Position numbers and translations under genes: made by a program. Below the pieces are notes generated by a model. It was given only the letters and a program-made list of their open reading frames with translations. It did no database searches and had not been told where the DNA came from. A DNA stretch of 64,000 nucleotides from the human T2T-CHM13v2.0 reference genome, Homo sapiens, in assembly GCF_009914755.1 (NCBI RefSeq), contig NC_060928.1. One strand, written 5' to 3'. The stretch's first letter is position 1; each line of letters begins with the position of its first letter. Below are positions 1-16,599 of the stretch, one piece after another.

Positions 1-35
1 TTATTGCTACTAATAGTAATAATTTCTTTTCTTCT

Positions 36-340
36 GTTTTTTTTTTTTTTTTTTTTTTTTGAGACGGAGTCTCGCACTGTCGCCTGGGGTGGAGTGCAGT
101 GGTGCAACCCCGGCTCACTGCAACCTCCGCCTCTGGATTCAAGCAATTCTCCTGCCTCAGCCACCAGAGCGGCTGGGATTACAGGCGCCTGCCACCATGC
201 CCAGCTAATTTCTCGTATTTTTAGTAGAGACGGGGTTTCACCATGTTGACCAGGCTGGTCTTGAATTCCTGACCTCGTAATTCACCCGCCTCAGACTCCC
301 AAAGTGCTGGGATTACAGGCGTGAGCCACCGCACCTGGCC
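36..340 (-). mobile_element. AluS
   Basis: Full Alu with poly(T); TSD-like aatagta[a/g]taatttcttt at 12-29 and 342-359. Confidence 0.95.
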
Positions 341-360
341 CAATAGTAGTAATTTCTTTA

Positions 361-516
361 TTCTTTCTTTTTCTTTTTTGAGGTGGAGTCTCGCTCTGTC
401 GCCCAGGCTGGAATGCAGTGGCGCAATCTCGGCTAACTTGCAACCTCCACCTCCTGGGCTCAAGTGATTCTCCTGCCTCAGCCTCCCCAGTAGCTGGGAC
501 TACAGGCACGTGCCAC
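361..516 (-). mobile_element. Alu right-arm fragment
   Basis: gaggtggagtctcgctctgtcgcccaggctgg...gtgccac, truncated. Confidence 0.9.
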
Positions 517-781
517 AATTTCTAACAAAAGCATTTGTTCTTTTACTCTATCTTTAGGTCACTGGATCACTGAAATAAGATATTAGAAGTATTGAATATA
601 AACAGAATCTAAATTTCAGATTTTCTGCAGTTATTTGTTACATAGCAAAATAATGTATCCCCTTTAATTCTGTTTTCCAGTCCTTTTCATCAATATGATT
701 ACCTATGTCACTGCAGGATACCATGGGCAAAAGGATATAAAGAGAAATTTATACATATTTGTCTAAAACCTGTCATCCTAA

Positions 782-1100
<319 letters not shown>

Positions 1101-2433
1101 TCAACCTAATTTTATAGGCAAGAAAATTGTCTTCCCATTTATCTAAAATGGATTTCAATGGCACAAGACTTTTCATTATTTTGCCAACAGAAGTATTAAA
1201 GTGTAAATAGCAATTAACATATTAAGCTATGCAAACAAATGTAAACATATAAAAATAATTTAAAATAATAAAAGAAAATATTGACTGAAAATGTTCAAAT
1301 ATCCAAAATGAAGAGTGAAACCTCTCATAAAAAGAAGGTAAAGGACAAAAAAGCTCAGTAAATACCTAGATTGAATGAAAGAATCTTCCAAAATTGACAA
1401 TTTTATTTAGGACCAGCATTGGTTTCCTTGAAGAAGGAAAAAGAAAATCAAAACAAAAAAATATGTAGAAATGTGCTGACAAGCAAGCAACTCTGTTTTG
1501 CATGACTTAACACTTTGTTGTTTGTTCCCTTCATGTAAAACTTTAATAGAAAACTCCTTGTAAAGGAGTTTCATTCCTATCAATTTTTTAACTTAGGGAA
1601 TGGTGAGGCTTCAAAATCTATATATTCAAACAAAACAAGGACTGACAACTGGTGGTAGGAAAAATTTAATGATTTTGCCCACTCACATAAACTACTAGAA
1701 AAAAAACTAAAACAATTCTACCTCTTAAAATTATTAAATTTAATCATTACTTTATAGTATCTCTCTTTTTCTCTTTTCTACTGTGTAAATTATAGTAAAG
1801 CATAAGTATGAAACCCAAGTGTGAAAGAGCCTAAACCAAGTATAAGTGAAAGATATTAAAACAGAATTTAAGTTAAAAGGCTAATACGATTTGGTAAGAT
1901 TTCTGAAAGTCCATACATTATTAAAACAACACATTCTCATGATTTTACCTTTTATTTCTCCTAAACTACTCATGCTATAAAATGACTGAGGAATCTAGAT
2001 ATATGTCTAATGTAGCACAAAATAAAGAATAAAAAGTAATATTCTTTTTATTACCACTATAGTTTATTTTCTTCTTTATTAACTATGATTTTTATGTAAA
2101 AGTAATACATGTACATGGAAAGCATTCACGGTTTAAGAGAAAAGCAAACCTACCTCTTACCAAGCCATCCTAAGAGACACAACCAGTTATTGTATCCTTC
2201 CAGAAATAACCTACATATTTCAAGCACATCTTAGGGTAACATTATTTTTTATACAGATGGATACTATTATGCATACTTTCTGTATCCCAATTTTAATATT
2301 TAATACTCCATAATTGTTTCAGATTAGTACATAAATATTTATCTTTGATTTTTGACAGCTGCTCAAATTTTCATTGCAGAACTGCATAATGTATTTAACC
2401 AGTCCAGCAGGCATTTATCTTGTTTCTAACGTT

Positions 2434-2945
2434 CATACCCAAAGGATTATAAATCATGCTGCTATAAAGGCACATGCACACGTATGTTTACTGCAGCACT
2501 ATTCACAACAGCAAAGACTTGGAACCAACCCAAATGTCCAACAATGATAGACTGGATTAAGAAAATGTGGCACGTATACACCATGGAATACTATGCAGCC
2601 ATAAAAAAGGATGAGTTCATGTCCTTTGTAGGGACACGGATGAAGCTGGAAACCATCATTCTCAGCAAACTATCGCAAGAACAAAAAACCGAACACTGCA
2701 TGTTCTCACTCATAGGTGGGAATTGAACAATGAGAACACTTGGACACAGGAAGGGGAACATCACACACCAGGGCCTGTTGTGGGGTAGGGGGAGGGAGGA
2801 GGGAAAGCATTAGGAGATATACCTAATGTAAATGACGAGTTAATGGGTGCAGCACACCAACATGGCACATGTATACATATGTAACAAACCTGCACGTTGT
2901 GCACATGTACCCTAGAACTTAAAGTATAATAAAATAAAATAAAAG
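2434..2945 (+). mobile_element. L1PA 3' end (5'-truncated)
   Basis: ORF2 C-terminus MFTAALFTTAKTWNQPKCP...SLIGGN, G-rich 3' UTR, ccctagaacttaaagtataataaa tail. Confidence 0.95.
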
Positions 2946-5209
2946 TTTAGATGTTACCCAATTAACTGCCTTCTAAAAAAGTTGAACTAATTTATACTGA
3001 CAGTGAGTGAGACTGCCTGCTTCCCTACAAATATAAAGTGTTACTGACACAAGTCTACTAAAAATCCAGATCTGAAATCAATATTAGTTTTAAATCATGT
3101 ATCCAGATTTATTCTTAGTTCATCATTTCTACTTTTCAAGAATCACAAATCAAAGTTACACCTCCTCTCATCTAACTTCAAAAAAAATTTAAAAAATCCT
3201 TATCAAAAAAAACACATAAATTCTCCAACAAATTAAGAACTTCAATTGATTATTTAAAAAAAAAAAACCCAACCACAATGCAGAGTCTATATATATATAT
3301 ACAGCTGATATACAGGTGGAGAAGAGAGAAGAATGGGGAGTCCAATGATCTACCCTTTAAAAAAAAATCTCCTTCTGATAAAATACAAATTCCCCCCAAT
3401 ATTTAATGGGTTTTTTAACCTGGTAGTAAGTTGTGAAAAGATGCTTCTGCCAGAATTTAGTATTTTAAAGACCCAGAATTGTTTGGGAAATATTTGGGTA
3501 TATTCTCACTAAATAAAATACTGCTGGATACATTTATTTCTTTGCCTTCTACATTTATGTTCAAATTACTCTTTTTAAAGCATGAAATTCTAAAGTAATC
3601 CATCATATTAAAAAAATCTAATGTACAAGAATACAGGGCCACACATAAACAATTTTTATGAACATAAAAAGCACTAAACAGTTTCTATCTCAGTTTCTTG
3701 GCATAGATTCCAGGTCTAATTTTGATGATTACATTTAAAAATAAGAATGATTAAGCCTTCACCAGAACTGCCAAAATAAGACAGTTGAACATGCTTCGAG
3801 AAATGTAGAAGAATATCTAAAGGATATATGTAAGAAAGGACTAAGTTAAAGATACATAAAATTGTAACATTATAAATAAAATAATGCAACATAGTATCCA
3901 GTAGTATATTCTAAATATAAGGAATGGTAGGGAGGGTATGTACTACTTTGTAATATTCAAATAATTAAAGATTTTTTTTTTGCTTAAACATTTTTCTCAA
4001 GGCTCATACTATAAAAAGCCCCAGTACAATTGTTTTGTAAGATCATCATTAGCATTTTGATCATTCATTTAAACAAACATTTACTGAGTACTTACTAGGT
4101 GGCAGGGTTTATACTATATACACTGGAGACAGAATGGCAAATAAAATTAGTCCACCTCCAAGAGGCTATAATCTAGAACACAATCCTGATTCTTGACAAT
4201 GTTTAATACTAAAAACTTCAATGATTTTTTTCTCTAATTGGTCCCCTTCCCATTCTTCTCTAATCCAACTAATAAATGAAATCTGAAATTCAACCTAGAA
4301 AAGTACAGAAGAGAATTATATTAGATACAAAACGCTTCATCCAGATGTGTCCTATGTACAGAATGAAATACAAGCATAGTCTTGTCCCAACGTAAGTAAT
4401 GTACTAAACAAAGTAAGAAACAAAGCAATGCTGCCTCTTTTCACATCCCCAGTAATAGTTGTGTCTGTTGGACACTCGCATTTGTTGTCTCTACCCATGG
4501 TGGGTCACACCATGAATTCATTCTTTTTCCAGCATTTCACAATAGGTTCTATGTACACAAAACTGATAAAATATTTATTGTTTACAATCAACCCTCCCAT
4601 TTGTCTGAATTGTACATTTTCAAATGAAAATAAAAACAAGTGCATACATAACAGAAATTACTTATTTCAATGTTTTTGATTTTAAATAGGTTAAATCTAT
4701 TGATGATACAGCACTTTCAACCTCGTCAGCAACACATTTGTCCTCCACTTGAAAGCAAATATCTACCAACAGAAAGAAATACACACCACACACACACAGA
4801 CACAAAATGGAGGTCTAGGGGACCTGGGGATAAAAATTTAAATTACAAGAAAAAGCTTAAATCTAAAGACAATTTTCTTGAGTCACCGGTTTCTACCACT
4901 CTGGGGGAATGAAGAAACAGTTCCAAGTAACTCAAGATAGCATCAAGGGCATGGAAAATAATCAGGAAGTAAAAACTACCCAAGTAACCATGGAATCTCA
5001 TTGCTATCACTGGCTCTCCTCTGGTTCCTTAATGGTCTGGGGTCCCTGACAAGCTCCAATCAGTCTGGTCTCAAGATATCTGTTACCACTCTGCGCTCTG
5101 CTATTTCCAGCCTAATCTATTCATAACAAACCTTGAATGGTTTGCCTGCAAGCAATTATTTAAAGATGTAACTTTTGCAAGCAATTATTTAAAGTACCAA
5201 AAGACTGCC

Positions 5210-5790
5210 TGTGATATCATGAAATATACATTTGGTCTCTGGTCTTAGACCAGTTTCCTGGCATACACTCCTATAATCCTTAGAATCTTCAAAGTGGTTA
5301 TGTGGCTTCCTATATGCTAAGATTTGACTGAAGACTGACAGGCCCTAGGTAGCTTCAGAATAAGGGTTGGTTTTAGCAGAAAGACCAGGGGAAGATTAAA
5401 TGGTTGGGATTTTCAGCCCCAACTCCCATACTCCAAAAAGGGGAGAATAAAAGTGAAATCGATCCCCAACGGCTGATAGTTTAATCAATCATGCCTATGT
5501 AATAAAGTCTCCATAAACGCCTATAAGGACAGGGCGTGAAGGGCTTTCAGAGAACAGAACACAGTGGAAGTTACTGGAGGGTGGCACGCCCAGAGAGGGC
5601 AGAATTTCCATGCCCCTTGTCCCATACCTTACCCTATGCATCTCTTCAGCTGTATCCTTTGTAATATCTTTTACAATAAAATGTATTAAACATAAGTGTT
5701 TCCCTGAGTTCTGTGAGCTGCTCAGTAAATTAATCAAACTCAAGAAGGGGATCATGAGAACCCTGATTTATAGGCCATGGGACACACAAT
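5210..5790 (+). mobile_element. MER21-like LTR
   Basis: tgtgatatcatgaaatatacatttggtc start; ttccctgagttctgtgagctgctc..aaattaatcaaac signature. Confidence 0.75.
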
Positions 5791-6377
5791 GGGTCCTCAG
5801 CAAAGATGAGAGGGCTAAGTATATAAGATCAGCCACGTCTTTAGAAGGAAGGGGGAGAAAAAGGCAATTTCTATTTCCACCTTCCTTCTTCTAGCTCTTC
5901 CAGGAGACATACCTTGCCTCCAGTAGTTGTAGCTCTCCTTGATCACATGACTTCCACCTTAAGGACAAACTAGTTTCTATACTTGGTCCTTAGTCCATCG
6001 GATAAAATGTCATCTTATTTAGAGGCACTGGAAGGAAGTAGGCCTCAGAATTTTCCAATTTTTTGTACTTCCGAATTTTTCACAATAAACATTTGTTTTT
6101 TAAAAAGAGTTTCCTGTCAAATTTCATGGAAAGGGATCAGAAATTAACACTCAAAATCGAGCATGTAAGCCAGTCAAGAAAGAATTAGGCATCTTACATT
6201 AAAAGAGTCACATTTGTATTCTACACAACTTTCTAATTTCCTAGAATTAATCCCTGTGTCTTCTATTTGTACCTCAGACAATTTCCGAAAATCACTTGGC
6301 CCGAGAACATATTTACTTCATAAAGAGCAGTATTAAACAACTAGGTAGAGGCCACCACATGTCTGCAATACCCCCCC

Positions 6378-6818
<441 letters not shown>

Positions 6819-7449
6819 TAGCACAGTTACCAGTTTAACTTTAATGCCATTTTGCTTTCATATCTTGATTCACCAAATTTTATATGCTTGTTATCTACTG
6901 ACTGTCCACCGAAAAAACGAGCACTGACCCCTTCGTTTGTTGCCCTCCATCTCCTAAATTTATAGATATTATTTTTATATTATAAAGGTTTATAAAGCAT
7001 TCTACTCCATAACTATAATTAAGCCCATTTTATACATTTTCTAGGTTGATTCTAAAACAGAAAATCAATAAAGTGTACTTACAATGTGATTATATAAATA
7101 CTAGTCACTGAAGGAAATTTAATTTTATGTTGTTTAGACATTACTACTTGAAGAAATGTTCATGTATTCCAGACTAATAGAACTTGAATTTCCTTCTAGC
7201 TTTCTTCAGTTCTTTTTGAAGGCCCAAGATTGCCACAGCAGCTATTTCTTCCCACTCACCCTCCCATCCCCCCACTACCACCATATCCTCTACCTTGGGA
7301 TTATTTTTTTCTCTGTGCTACTGTATCTCAAATATGTTCATACAAAGTGCATCGTTTTTTCCCAGTATAGAAAATGCAATTGTCCTCACATGATAAAATA
7401 GAGGGGCTGGGTAGAGAAAACATAGGTCAAAATCTATTGTCTCTCAAAC

Positions 7450-8780
7450 AGTGAAGTCACTGTTCCACTGCCTTCAAGCATTCAACACAGCTGCTAAGAA
7501 CTTAGTTATTTGATTTTCCGTATTTTTTCCCTCTCTCTGGCAATAATTTTGGGATCTTCTTGTCCTTAAGAGTTCTAAAATTGTGGATCTTTTTCCATTC
7601 ATTTTGGTTACTAGATGGGCTCTTTCAATCTGAAAATTCATTACGTTTCTACAGCTCAGGAAATTTTCTTCAATTATTTCTTTCCTTATTCTATCCTTCC
7701 CATGGTTCCTAAATCTCTTGCTCTGAGAACTCATACTTATGGATGTGAAAAACTGTGATATATTTTCCATGCTTCTTTAATTTTCCCTCAAGTTTTTCCA
7801 GATTATTTTCTCTTTTGATTTACATATGCAGACAGTTCCTCCTCTTAATTCCAAAATCAACAATTGAGTCTTGATTCATGCTGAAATTTTATCTCTTCAA
7901 TTAAAATTTTTATAATTTTCAAAACCTTTTCTAGTTCTATGCCCCCTTTTAAATGCAACTATGATTAAACATTACGTATTCTTAAATTTTAAATAAAATA
8001 CTAATTACACTTTGAAGTATTCTTCTGAATTATAGCTGAGGTTGGTTGTTCTTTTATTCATTTTAATCTTCTTTCATCCTCTTTATTGTCCTCAATTGTC
8101 TGATTATCCCTGTCTGTTTATATTTGCAAATGAAAGATTACTTTAGAGTATATAGAGTGTAAGAGCTTTCCCTGAGGTTATTTGGGTTTGTTTTCCTAAG
8201 TGGCTTCTCCTTTAAATGGAAGAACAGTACAATTTAAGCAGGTAGGGCACGCGTATACGCAGGTACCCCAAAAAGGTACCTGGATAGGAAGTCAAGTTGG
8301 CTGGGAACAGACAAAACTGTTTTTCTCCTGGGGTAGCACAGTGCCTCCACTTCTCTCTCAGGTTCTAACACCTAAGTAGATGCCCATACTAAACTGCTGA
8401 CCTACTTTCTTAAGAGAATGATTCTGAAACTTCAGGCCTAAGAGTGGGCATCATAGTTGTTTAGGCTGGAGAAAGGGTAGGAGGGAAGCCCAACTGACCT
8501 AGCACTGTGGAAAAGAAGTCTTAAGAAAATTCTTAAGTATTACCCAACTGCCCACTACTACTGATTGGTGTTTGTTGACTCCAAGTTTGGAGCCATTCCA
8601 AGGTTTCCCTGGGAAAACCTGAGCTTACCTCTGTTATCTTGGGTTCCAGTTTCCTCTGGGATTTTGCTGTCAATCCGATTCCATGAACTTTCTATCTTCT
8701 TCAAAATTTCTTGGTCCTCTGATGGTACCTGTAGTGGACTGTGAACTGTAATTTTACTGTTCAACATGTTTTCTCCCTGA
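7450..8780 (-). mobile_element. Old L1M (5'/ORF1 region) remnant
   Basis: ORF1-like KEIIEENF...MNFQIERAH in ORF 7474-7770. Confidence 0.6.
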
Positions 8781-9505
8781 CCCCTTTTGCTAACAACATC
8801 ATCCCTCTTTTTTATGGGGAATGTATTCATGTGCTTTGGGTAGAGGTGAGCCTTCCCAGTCACCACAGGAGTGGCCACTATACCTAGGTCTGGCTAGAAT
8901 ATCCCATTCCCATCTCCTTTGAGTGACAGTCATCTTTGGCTGAAAATAAAGCTGATACAGAAGGAAACGCAGACCAAAAATGTTGAGACAGTAACAGGGT
9001 TGCAGCCATACTACTAACACTATTCAAGTTTAGATCCATCTATGCACCTAAGTTGTAGTTTCTTACCTCTCTCCCCACATACACCCAAGTACACATTAAA
9101 GTTATAGAGCTAATGAGGTCCTTTTGTTCCTCTTAAGGGTAGTTTGACTAATATAATAACATCTGTTCCCGCTTTTCAGAATTATGACTTAATTCAATCT
9201 TTAAACAATATCAGTGGGACACTGAAAAGAAATTAAAGGAATGTACTAAATCCACCATTTTTTAAAAATTTCAGTCAATAACTAAAATAAGCCCGGATAA
9301 ATAGAGTTATACTTTTAAAATTTGTTAAACATACAATAAGGAAATAGCTATAAACTTTATTTAGTACATCTTATCTTTCCACCCTCAGAGGGAAAAAAGG
9401 CAGATATAAAAACCAATTATCTCTTTACTAGTTTTCTTCTAAGTCAGGATTCCAATAGTTTCAGAAAGAAAAAGAAGGAAGAAGGGAAGGTTCGTAATGA
9501 TTTAA

Positions 9506-9652
<147 letters not shown>

Positions 9653-9817
9653 TAATTTAAAATTTTCTAGCAAATTATTATTTTTTAAAGCTCTCTTATA
9701 TGACAGAAACCTTTCAAAGAAAAATTCTGTAGCTACTGTTGTGATTACTGGGGACAGAGTAGGGAAAAAGGATGGTCAATAACTCCTCAATGGATAAAAA
9801 ACAAAATCCAGTACTCC

Positions 9818-10096
9818 TTTTTCAGACAGGGTTTCACTCCATCACCTAGACTGGAGTGCAGTGGTTCCATCATTGCCACTGTAACCTTAAATTCCTGGGC
9901 TTAAGCAATCCTACTGCCTCAGCCTCCCAAGTAGCTAGGACTACCAGTACGTGCCACCACACCCACCTAATTTTTAAATTTTTGTAGAGATGGTTACTGC
10001 TATGTTGACCAGGAGAGTCTCAAACTCCCAGCCTCAAGCAATCCTCCTGGCCTCCCAAAGGGCTGTCATTACAGATGTGAGTCACTGCAACCAGCC
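9818..10096 (-). mobile_element. AluJ
   Basis: Diverged dimer; TSD aaatccagt[a/c]ctc. Confidence 0.9.
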
Positions 10097-12439
10097 TGAA
10101 ATCCAGTCCTCTTGAGCTAAGGTTCATATTGTATGGTTCACACCTCAAATACCTATGCCTCAAAAACTCTATATCCCAGAAACAACTGGCAAAATGTTGT
10201 ATGATGTATTTAAGTAAATGTTGGAGGAGAATAGGTCTACATTTTTCATTATAATCTAACTAAAGTCCATGACCTAAAAAAGGTAAAGAAAATTGATCCT
10301 GACTGGGAAAAAAAAAATGACAACTTCATTCCAAAATAGTATATAAGAATTAAATCCAGTAAAATGTCAAAATAAGTAATAAATTACCTCCAACACAGAA
10401 GGTAGTATAGTGTGCTAAATAATGTAGATTACCTCCATTCTTTAGAAAAACTCTGTTAAAAATAAATCATTAGCCCTAAGGTAGATGAAGACAACAAGGT
10501 TAAGTAGTAACTGTCCCCAAATCACACAGTGTTAAAGCAGGATTCAAAAGCAAGTGGCTCAACTTGATTTCAAACTCTTTCCATATCATGCTTTTTTCCT
10601 GGAGAAATAGTGTAAGAAAAGAAATACAAAGGCATTGGGTTATTTCAGAATTAAATGTAATTTTTGTCAAGCACAGAAACTGTGAAGTATTCATATGCCT
10701 GTGGTTTAATGAAACTGGAATCTGGCCCTTCTTCCTACTTGCTCTCTGATCAAAGTTTTCAGAAAAACTTCTGCTTATGGTAGTGAGGTCAGGAAGACCT
10801 TCGTATTTGATTAAGATATATGAATCTTAACATTCTAGGTTGCCTAAGCCAATGAATGGGTACCCTGGCCAAGCAAAGCTGTTCTTCTGGGATCCCTGGG
10901 ATACAAAACAAAACTGCTCATGCATAGAAGACAAAAAGCTGTAATACCAAGCCTGTGTTTTTTATGTGTTAGCATAAAAGACAAAAGGATCTGGTGATTA
11001 AGCTAAAGTAGGTTAAGAACTCCCTCATATGAAAAGACATCTCACATACTAAGGCATATTCACAACTTAAATCATATTACAGTCCTTCGATCTGGCCAAG
11101 AGAAGCCAGGTACTGAAGTTTAGGTGGCAGCCAGAAAGCTGGACTGAGTGGTAGAGAGGATCTTGGACTGTGAGGTGGGGATCTGGATGCAGAGTAAGAA
11201 AAGGAAGAAAAGGTACAAGTGAAAGGAGTCCACAAAGTGAGTTAGAGATACATTCTAAAGGTCCTGAGATTTAGAAAACAGCATGATCAAATCTTTGCCT
11301 TCATACTTTTCATTTTATCTAGAACCCTAGTATTATCTGCTAAGCCTATAGCAGAGACGCCATAGGCATATGGTTTGCTTTCATATTCCCAGAAAAGGAC
11401 TTAAGAGTCAGAAAAGGATGTGCATTTCCCATAACCCTTATCTCTCCCTCTTTATTAACAGTATGATAAAGTACTACAAATTTTTAAGTTCTCAAGGAAT
11501 TTAAGAACATATTCTACATAAATTCTAAAAACTTAACAAATTCAGAATACAACCATTATTTTGTGAACTGTTCATTACAGAATCCCAACCCCTTAACCTA
11601 TCTACTATCAGCTCCACCTAAAACAATTAACCAAAATGTACAATTAGAACTGAAAATATTTACTAGCAATCTATAAATTCAATAAGATAACCAAATTTAA
11701 TAGAATTAGAAATTTAAAATAAGGGATTCTCCTAAATTAAAAAAAAAAAAAACCAACCATCTCAGTAGTCAGAATTTTCATAAGACTCTCTATTTTTATT
11801 CATACTTCAGTTTTAACAATTAATTTATGAAAATCCTTATAGGTCACAAATATTTTCACAAACATTAGGTCACCTAACCTCCCTCAAAAGAAAGTATTAC
11901 CAGGCCCCTTTTATGAGAGACTGAGATATTTAATTTTTACATGTCACACTTACCTAACAGCATGAATTAAGAGGTATAGGAGGGTCTAAAACAGCATTCT
12001 TCCCACTTCACATTTTGAGCACTTACTGTAAGAGGTAATCTACAAGGTATGTATTTTGATTTGATGTTTCAGAAATATTGAAGAGTGACATTCCCATTTA
12101 TTCCACCTATGAAATCCATCCCAAGATTAATCCATGAATGTTCCCAAGACAGGAGTTAGGGAAACAAGATGAAATAAAACAGAGCAGTATTAACTAGCTA
12201 CATTCAGGTAAAGTGTTTTGGAGTAAGGAGGTCTTCCATAACCCTCCTTACTCCATCATTTCTCTCTGGTTATCCTACTTGGGGATAGGTCACTATACAT
12301 AAATTTGAGTAAGACGGTATTCATACAGATCTGTAAAGAGGACTTAGAAGCAAGATGAAATGGCTAGTGAACTCTACAATGCATACAAAACATATTTCTT
12401 GAGCAATTACTAGGGAGGCCATAAAAGGATGGTAAGAAG

Positions 12440-12690
12440 GCAGTACAATATGAGAGTTAAGAAAGCAGACTTTCATGTGAGACTACCCATGTTTATATTC
12501 CATTTCCATCACTTACTGTGACCTTGAACAAGTTACTTATTCTTTACCTTGATTTTTTCAACTACAAAGTGTAGATACTATGTACCTCTTAGAACTGGGA
12601 AGATTAAATGATATACAGCAGTGTAATACACATAAACCAATTAGAATTGTGGCTGGCACACAGTAAGCACTCACTAAACTATTACTGGGG
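12440..12690 (+). mobile_element. MIR
   Basis: acttactgtgaccttgaacaagttactta core; ggcacacagtaagcactca tail. Confidence 0.75.
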
Positions 12691-13501
12691 TTAAAATTAT
12701 TCAATGTTCTAGGTGTTATAAACACCTTCAGGAAAGAGGTGATATATGATCTGGCCCTTTTATGGATAAAGTAGTCAACAGAGAGGGATATCCAGAAAGA
12801 ACAGAGATGAACAGGGCTTGAAAGCTGATGTTTGACCTATCAGATCCTATACCACTACAAAATCACTAGTTTTTAAAATACAGTGCTGACACACAATAAA
12901 ATGTCAGTTACAGAAATAGATTCCCATACCTTTGGTCTAGCAGTTTTACCTCTGGAATATATCTTACCACAATACAGAAACAATATCAAAAAGTCCACTT
13001 CAGTATTGTTTGTAACAGCAGAACTTTGGATACAACCAAAATTTCCATAAACTGGAAAGCAATTAAGTCCTGATACCTGACAAGGGAATACTCACAGCCA
13101 TTTAAAGGACTAAGATAACTATATGTGTATTAACGTGAAAATCTATGATGGAATATTAATTTAAAAAGAAAGTTTCAAACAATATTTTTATAATGATCTC
13201 ATTTATGCAAAACAAAATTACATAGATATATCTGTATATGTGTGAAAATGCACAGAAAAAGGCATAGGATTACATACACTTACAATTTACACCTAGGGAT
13301 ATAAAAAATCTTCAACTCTTACTCTGTATCTTCCTCTACTGTTTAAATTTTCAGTTCACAGTTACTATATGATTTAATAAAAGTGGAAAAAGATACTGCA
13401 ATTTTAAGATTCCTCCAATATAAAAAAATCAAATGGATAAATAAAAAGAAAACATTACTCACAGTTTAACATTTGGTGAAAACTTTAGACAAGTTTGGTT
13501 T

Positions 13502-13601
13502 AAAGGATATTACCCCCTCAATAGAATTAAATTTATCTACATTGTATCTTAAAAGGATATTACCCCCTCAATAGAATTAAATTTATCTACATTGTATCTT
13601 A
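13502..13601. repeat. Perfect 50-bp tandem duplication
   Basis: aaaggatattaccccctcaatagaattaaatttatctacattgtatctta, two identical copies. Confidence 0.97.
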
Positions 13602-13989
13602 TACAAGCTCTTCTTTTTTGACATTTTCTGAACAGCAACTATGTAAGTTTTAAATTACTCCTAGTTCATTTGAAATAGATAAAATAAACAGTGAAACAGT
13701 TCTTCAAAGAACATTGGAAAGATAGTGCAAGAGAACTACACAACAGTCATAGTTTATAGGTCCTGCAATAATAATGTATAGAGATTTTCAAGTTCAAAGA
13801 CAACCTAAGGGCATCATCAAATCAGTAAGAACACTATATAGATGCTGGCATTGCTTATATTTTCTTCATAAAAGTACTTCTGTACTAGAATCTGTAAGGG
13901 AGGGAAAGAGAAAAGAAAAAAAAATGTCAAGCCTGTTTAGAGGTTTAAGCAATAAAAGAAGAAAAATTGCTTCAAAAGATCACTGACTT

Positions 13990-14295
<306 letters not shown>

Positions 14296-14405
14296 ACACA
14301 TAACTGACTTGATTAAGTGGAAAACATCTAAAATTCCTTTAACCATAAAACCCCACACAGATGTTAGCTACTTAACAAACACAGGAAACTGCTTAGTACA
14401 AGTAG

Positions 14406-14828
<423 letters not shown>

Positions 14829-14979
14829 TAAAATAAAGGCATTATTCAAATAATGAGGACAGACTATGAAACAGATAAGTCAACTGATTAACTATTTGGA
14901 AATACAAGATTAAGTTCCTATTCCCCTCAATGAACCCATATAAATTTGAAATAAATGAATAAAATGTAAAAGTTAAGAG

Positions 14980-16350
14980 GCACACTAGCCAAGAGATGGA
15001 AGCAACCCAAACGGTCCATTAACTAATGAATGGATAAATAAAATGTGATCTATACATACAATGGAATATTTAAAAGGAAATCCAGTCACATGCTACAACA
15101 TAAATGAACCTCGAGAATAGTATATTAACTAACTAGTAAGTTATTATTTTTAAAAAGAGGTATGTACTAAATTACTTAAAGCCACTTTTTAAAAAATTAC
15201 TAAACTATAAAAAGATCAAATAAACCACTTACTCTAACTTCTTTCTAACATTTCAGTGGCCAATAAGGTTAAAAACACAACATATAAGACTAAAAGGAAA
15301 AAGGATGCACATAAACTGAATCTGTAAAATGAGTATCTTTACAAAACTGATGTAAGGAAAAAATATTTACAGTTTCTTCAAATAAATTTGAAAAACTAAC
15401 ATGAATAATCTTCATAGAAAATATAAATTAAAATATTAATGAAACTAAACCAACAGTGCATTAAAATAATTCATCATACCAAGTATTCAAAACACAATTA
15501 AAATTAGGAAATCTTTTATTACAATTCACCATATGGACATACTGAAGGGGCAGAAAAAGAACTGACCATTTCAAAAGATGCCAAAAATGCATTTGATAAA
15601 ATTTAGTACATTATTTCTAATAAAACTTAAGTAATTTAAGAAAAAGTGATGTACCCTAAATTGATAAAAGATATCTGCATTATACTTAGTAGTAAAACAA
15701 CAGCACTTCCATTAAAAATAAGAGAAAGACAAGTATAACCTCTGTTACCACTGACATTCAACATTTTGGGGGTGGTTCAAAACTCACGCAATAAGAGAAC
15801 AAAAACAAACACAAGGGACAAATACTGGAAATGAGAGAAAAAATAATTTACTGGAATCAATATGACATTTGAGTCAGAAAATTCAACAGAATAAACTGAA
15901 TACAAGAATTCAGTTTAGTGGCCATATACAAGATTAAAATATGCCAATCAATAGCTTCCTATATTCCAACAATAACTAATTAAGAAAGTATAATGGAATA
16001 AAATATACCATACATGATAGCAGGAAGAACTATAAAATAATCTGAAATAAATTCCACAAGAAATGTGTAAAATCTATACAAAAACTAAAATTTTATTAAA
16101 GACAGATGAAGGGCCTGAAAATACATAAGTATGCCATGTTTCCGAATGGGAATATTCAGTATTATACATATATTTCTCTCCAAAATTAACATAAATTTCA
16201 ATGTATAATCTGAGAATATTTCATGGTCACGTACAAAAGATGATTCTAAAGCATGTCTGACATGTTAAATGAACAATATCCAAAACTCTTGAGAAAGAAG
16301 CTCAATGAGTGAGAACTGCCTTCTAAGATACCAAACCATGCTAACATATT
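14980..16350 (+). mobile_element. Old L1M ORF2/3' fragments
   Basis: gaatggataaataaaatgtg.. and gcatttgataaaatt.. L1 signatures, A-rich strand. Confidence 0.65.
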
Positions 16351-16599
16351 AGGCTGAATCATATGAAACCAGATATTCAATGACTTGTGGCTTATAAAAA
16401 TAATTTCGCCAAGGTTCAACTGTGAAATTCACTCAAAGTCTCCCACCCCACTTCCACCCACAAACTTCTTTCCACGTAGTAAGAAACAGACATAAGAGTT
16501 TACTAAATATTTAATACTAATAAAGCTTGGTGAAAAACCAACAGGGCTCTTTCCTATGTTTCACTACAGTGCAACTTACTCAGTTAAGGCAAAAAACTA

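Noticed and set aside
13502-13601. CRISPR-like repeat array
   Set aside because: Two adjacent copies with no spacers, in a primate genome.
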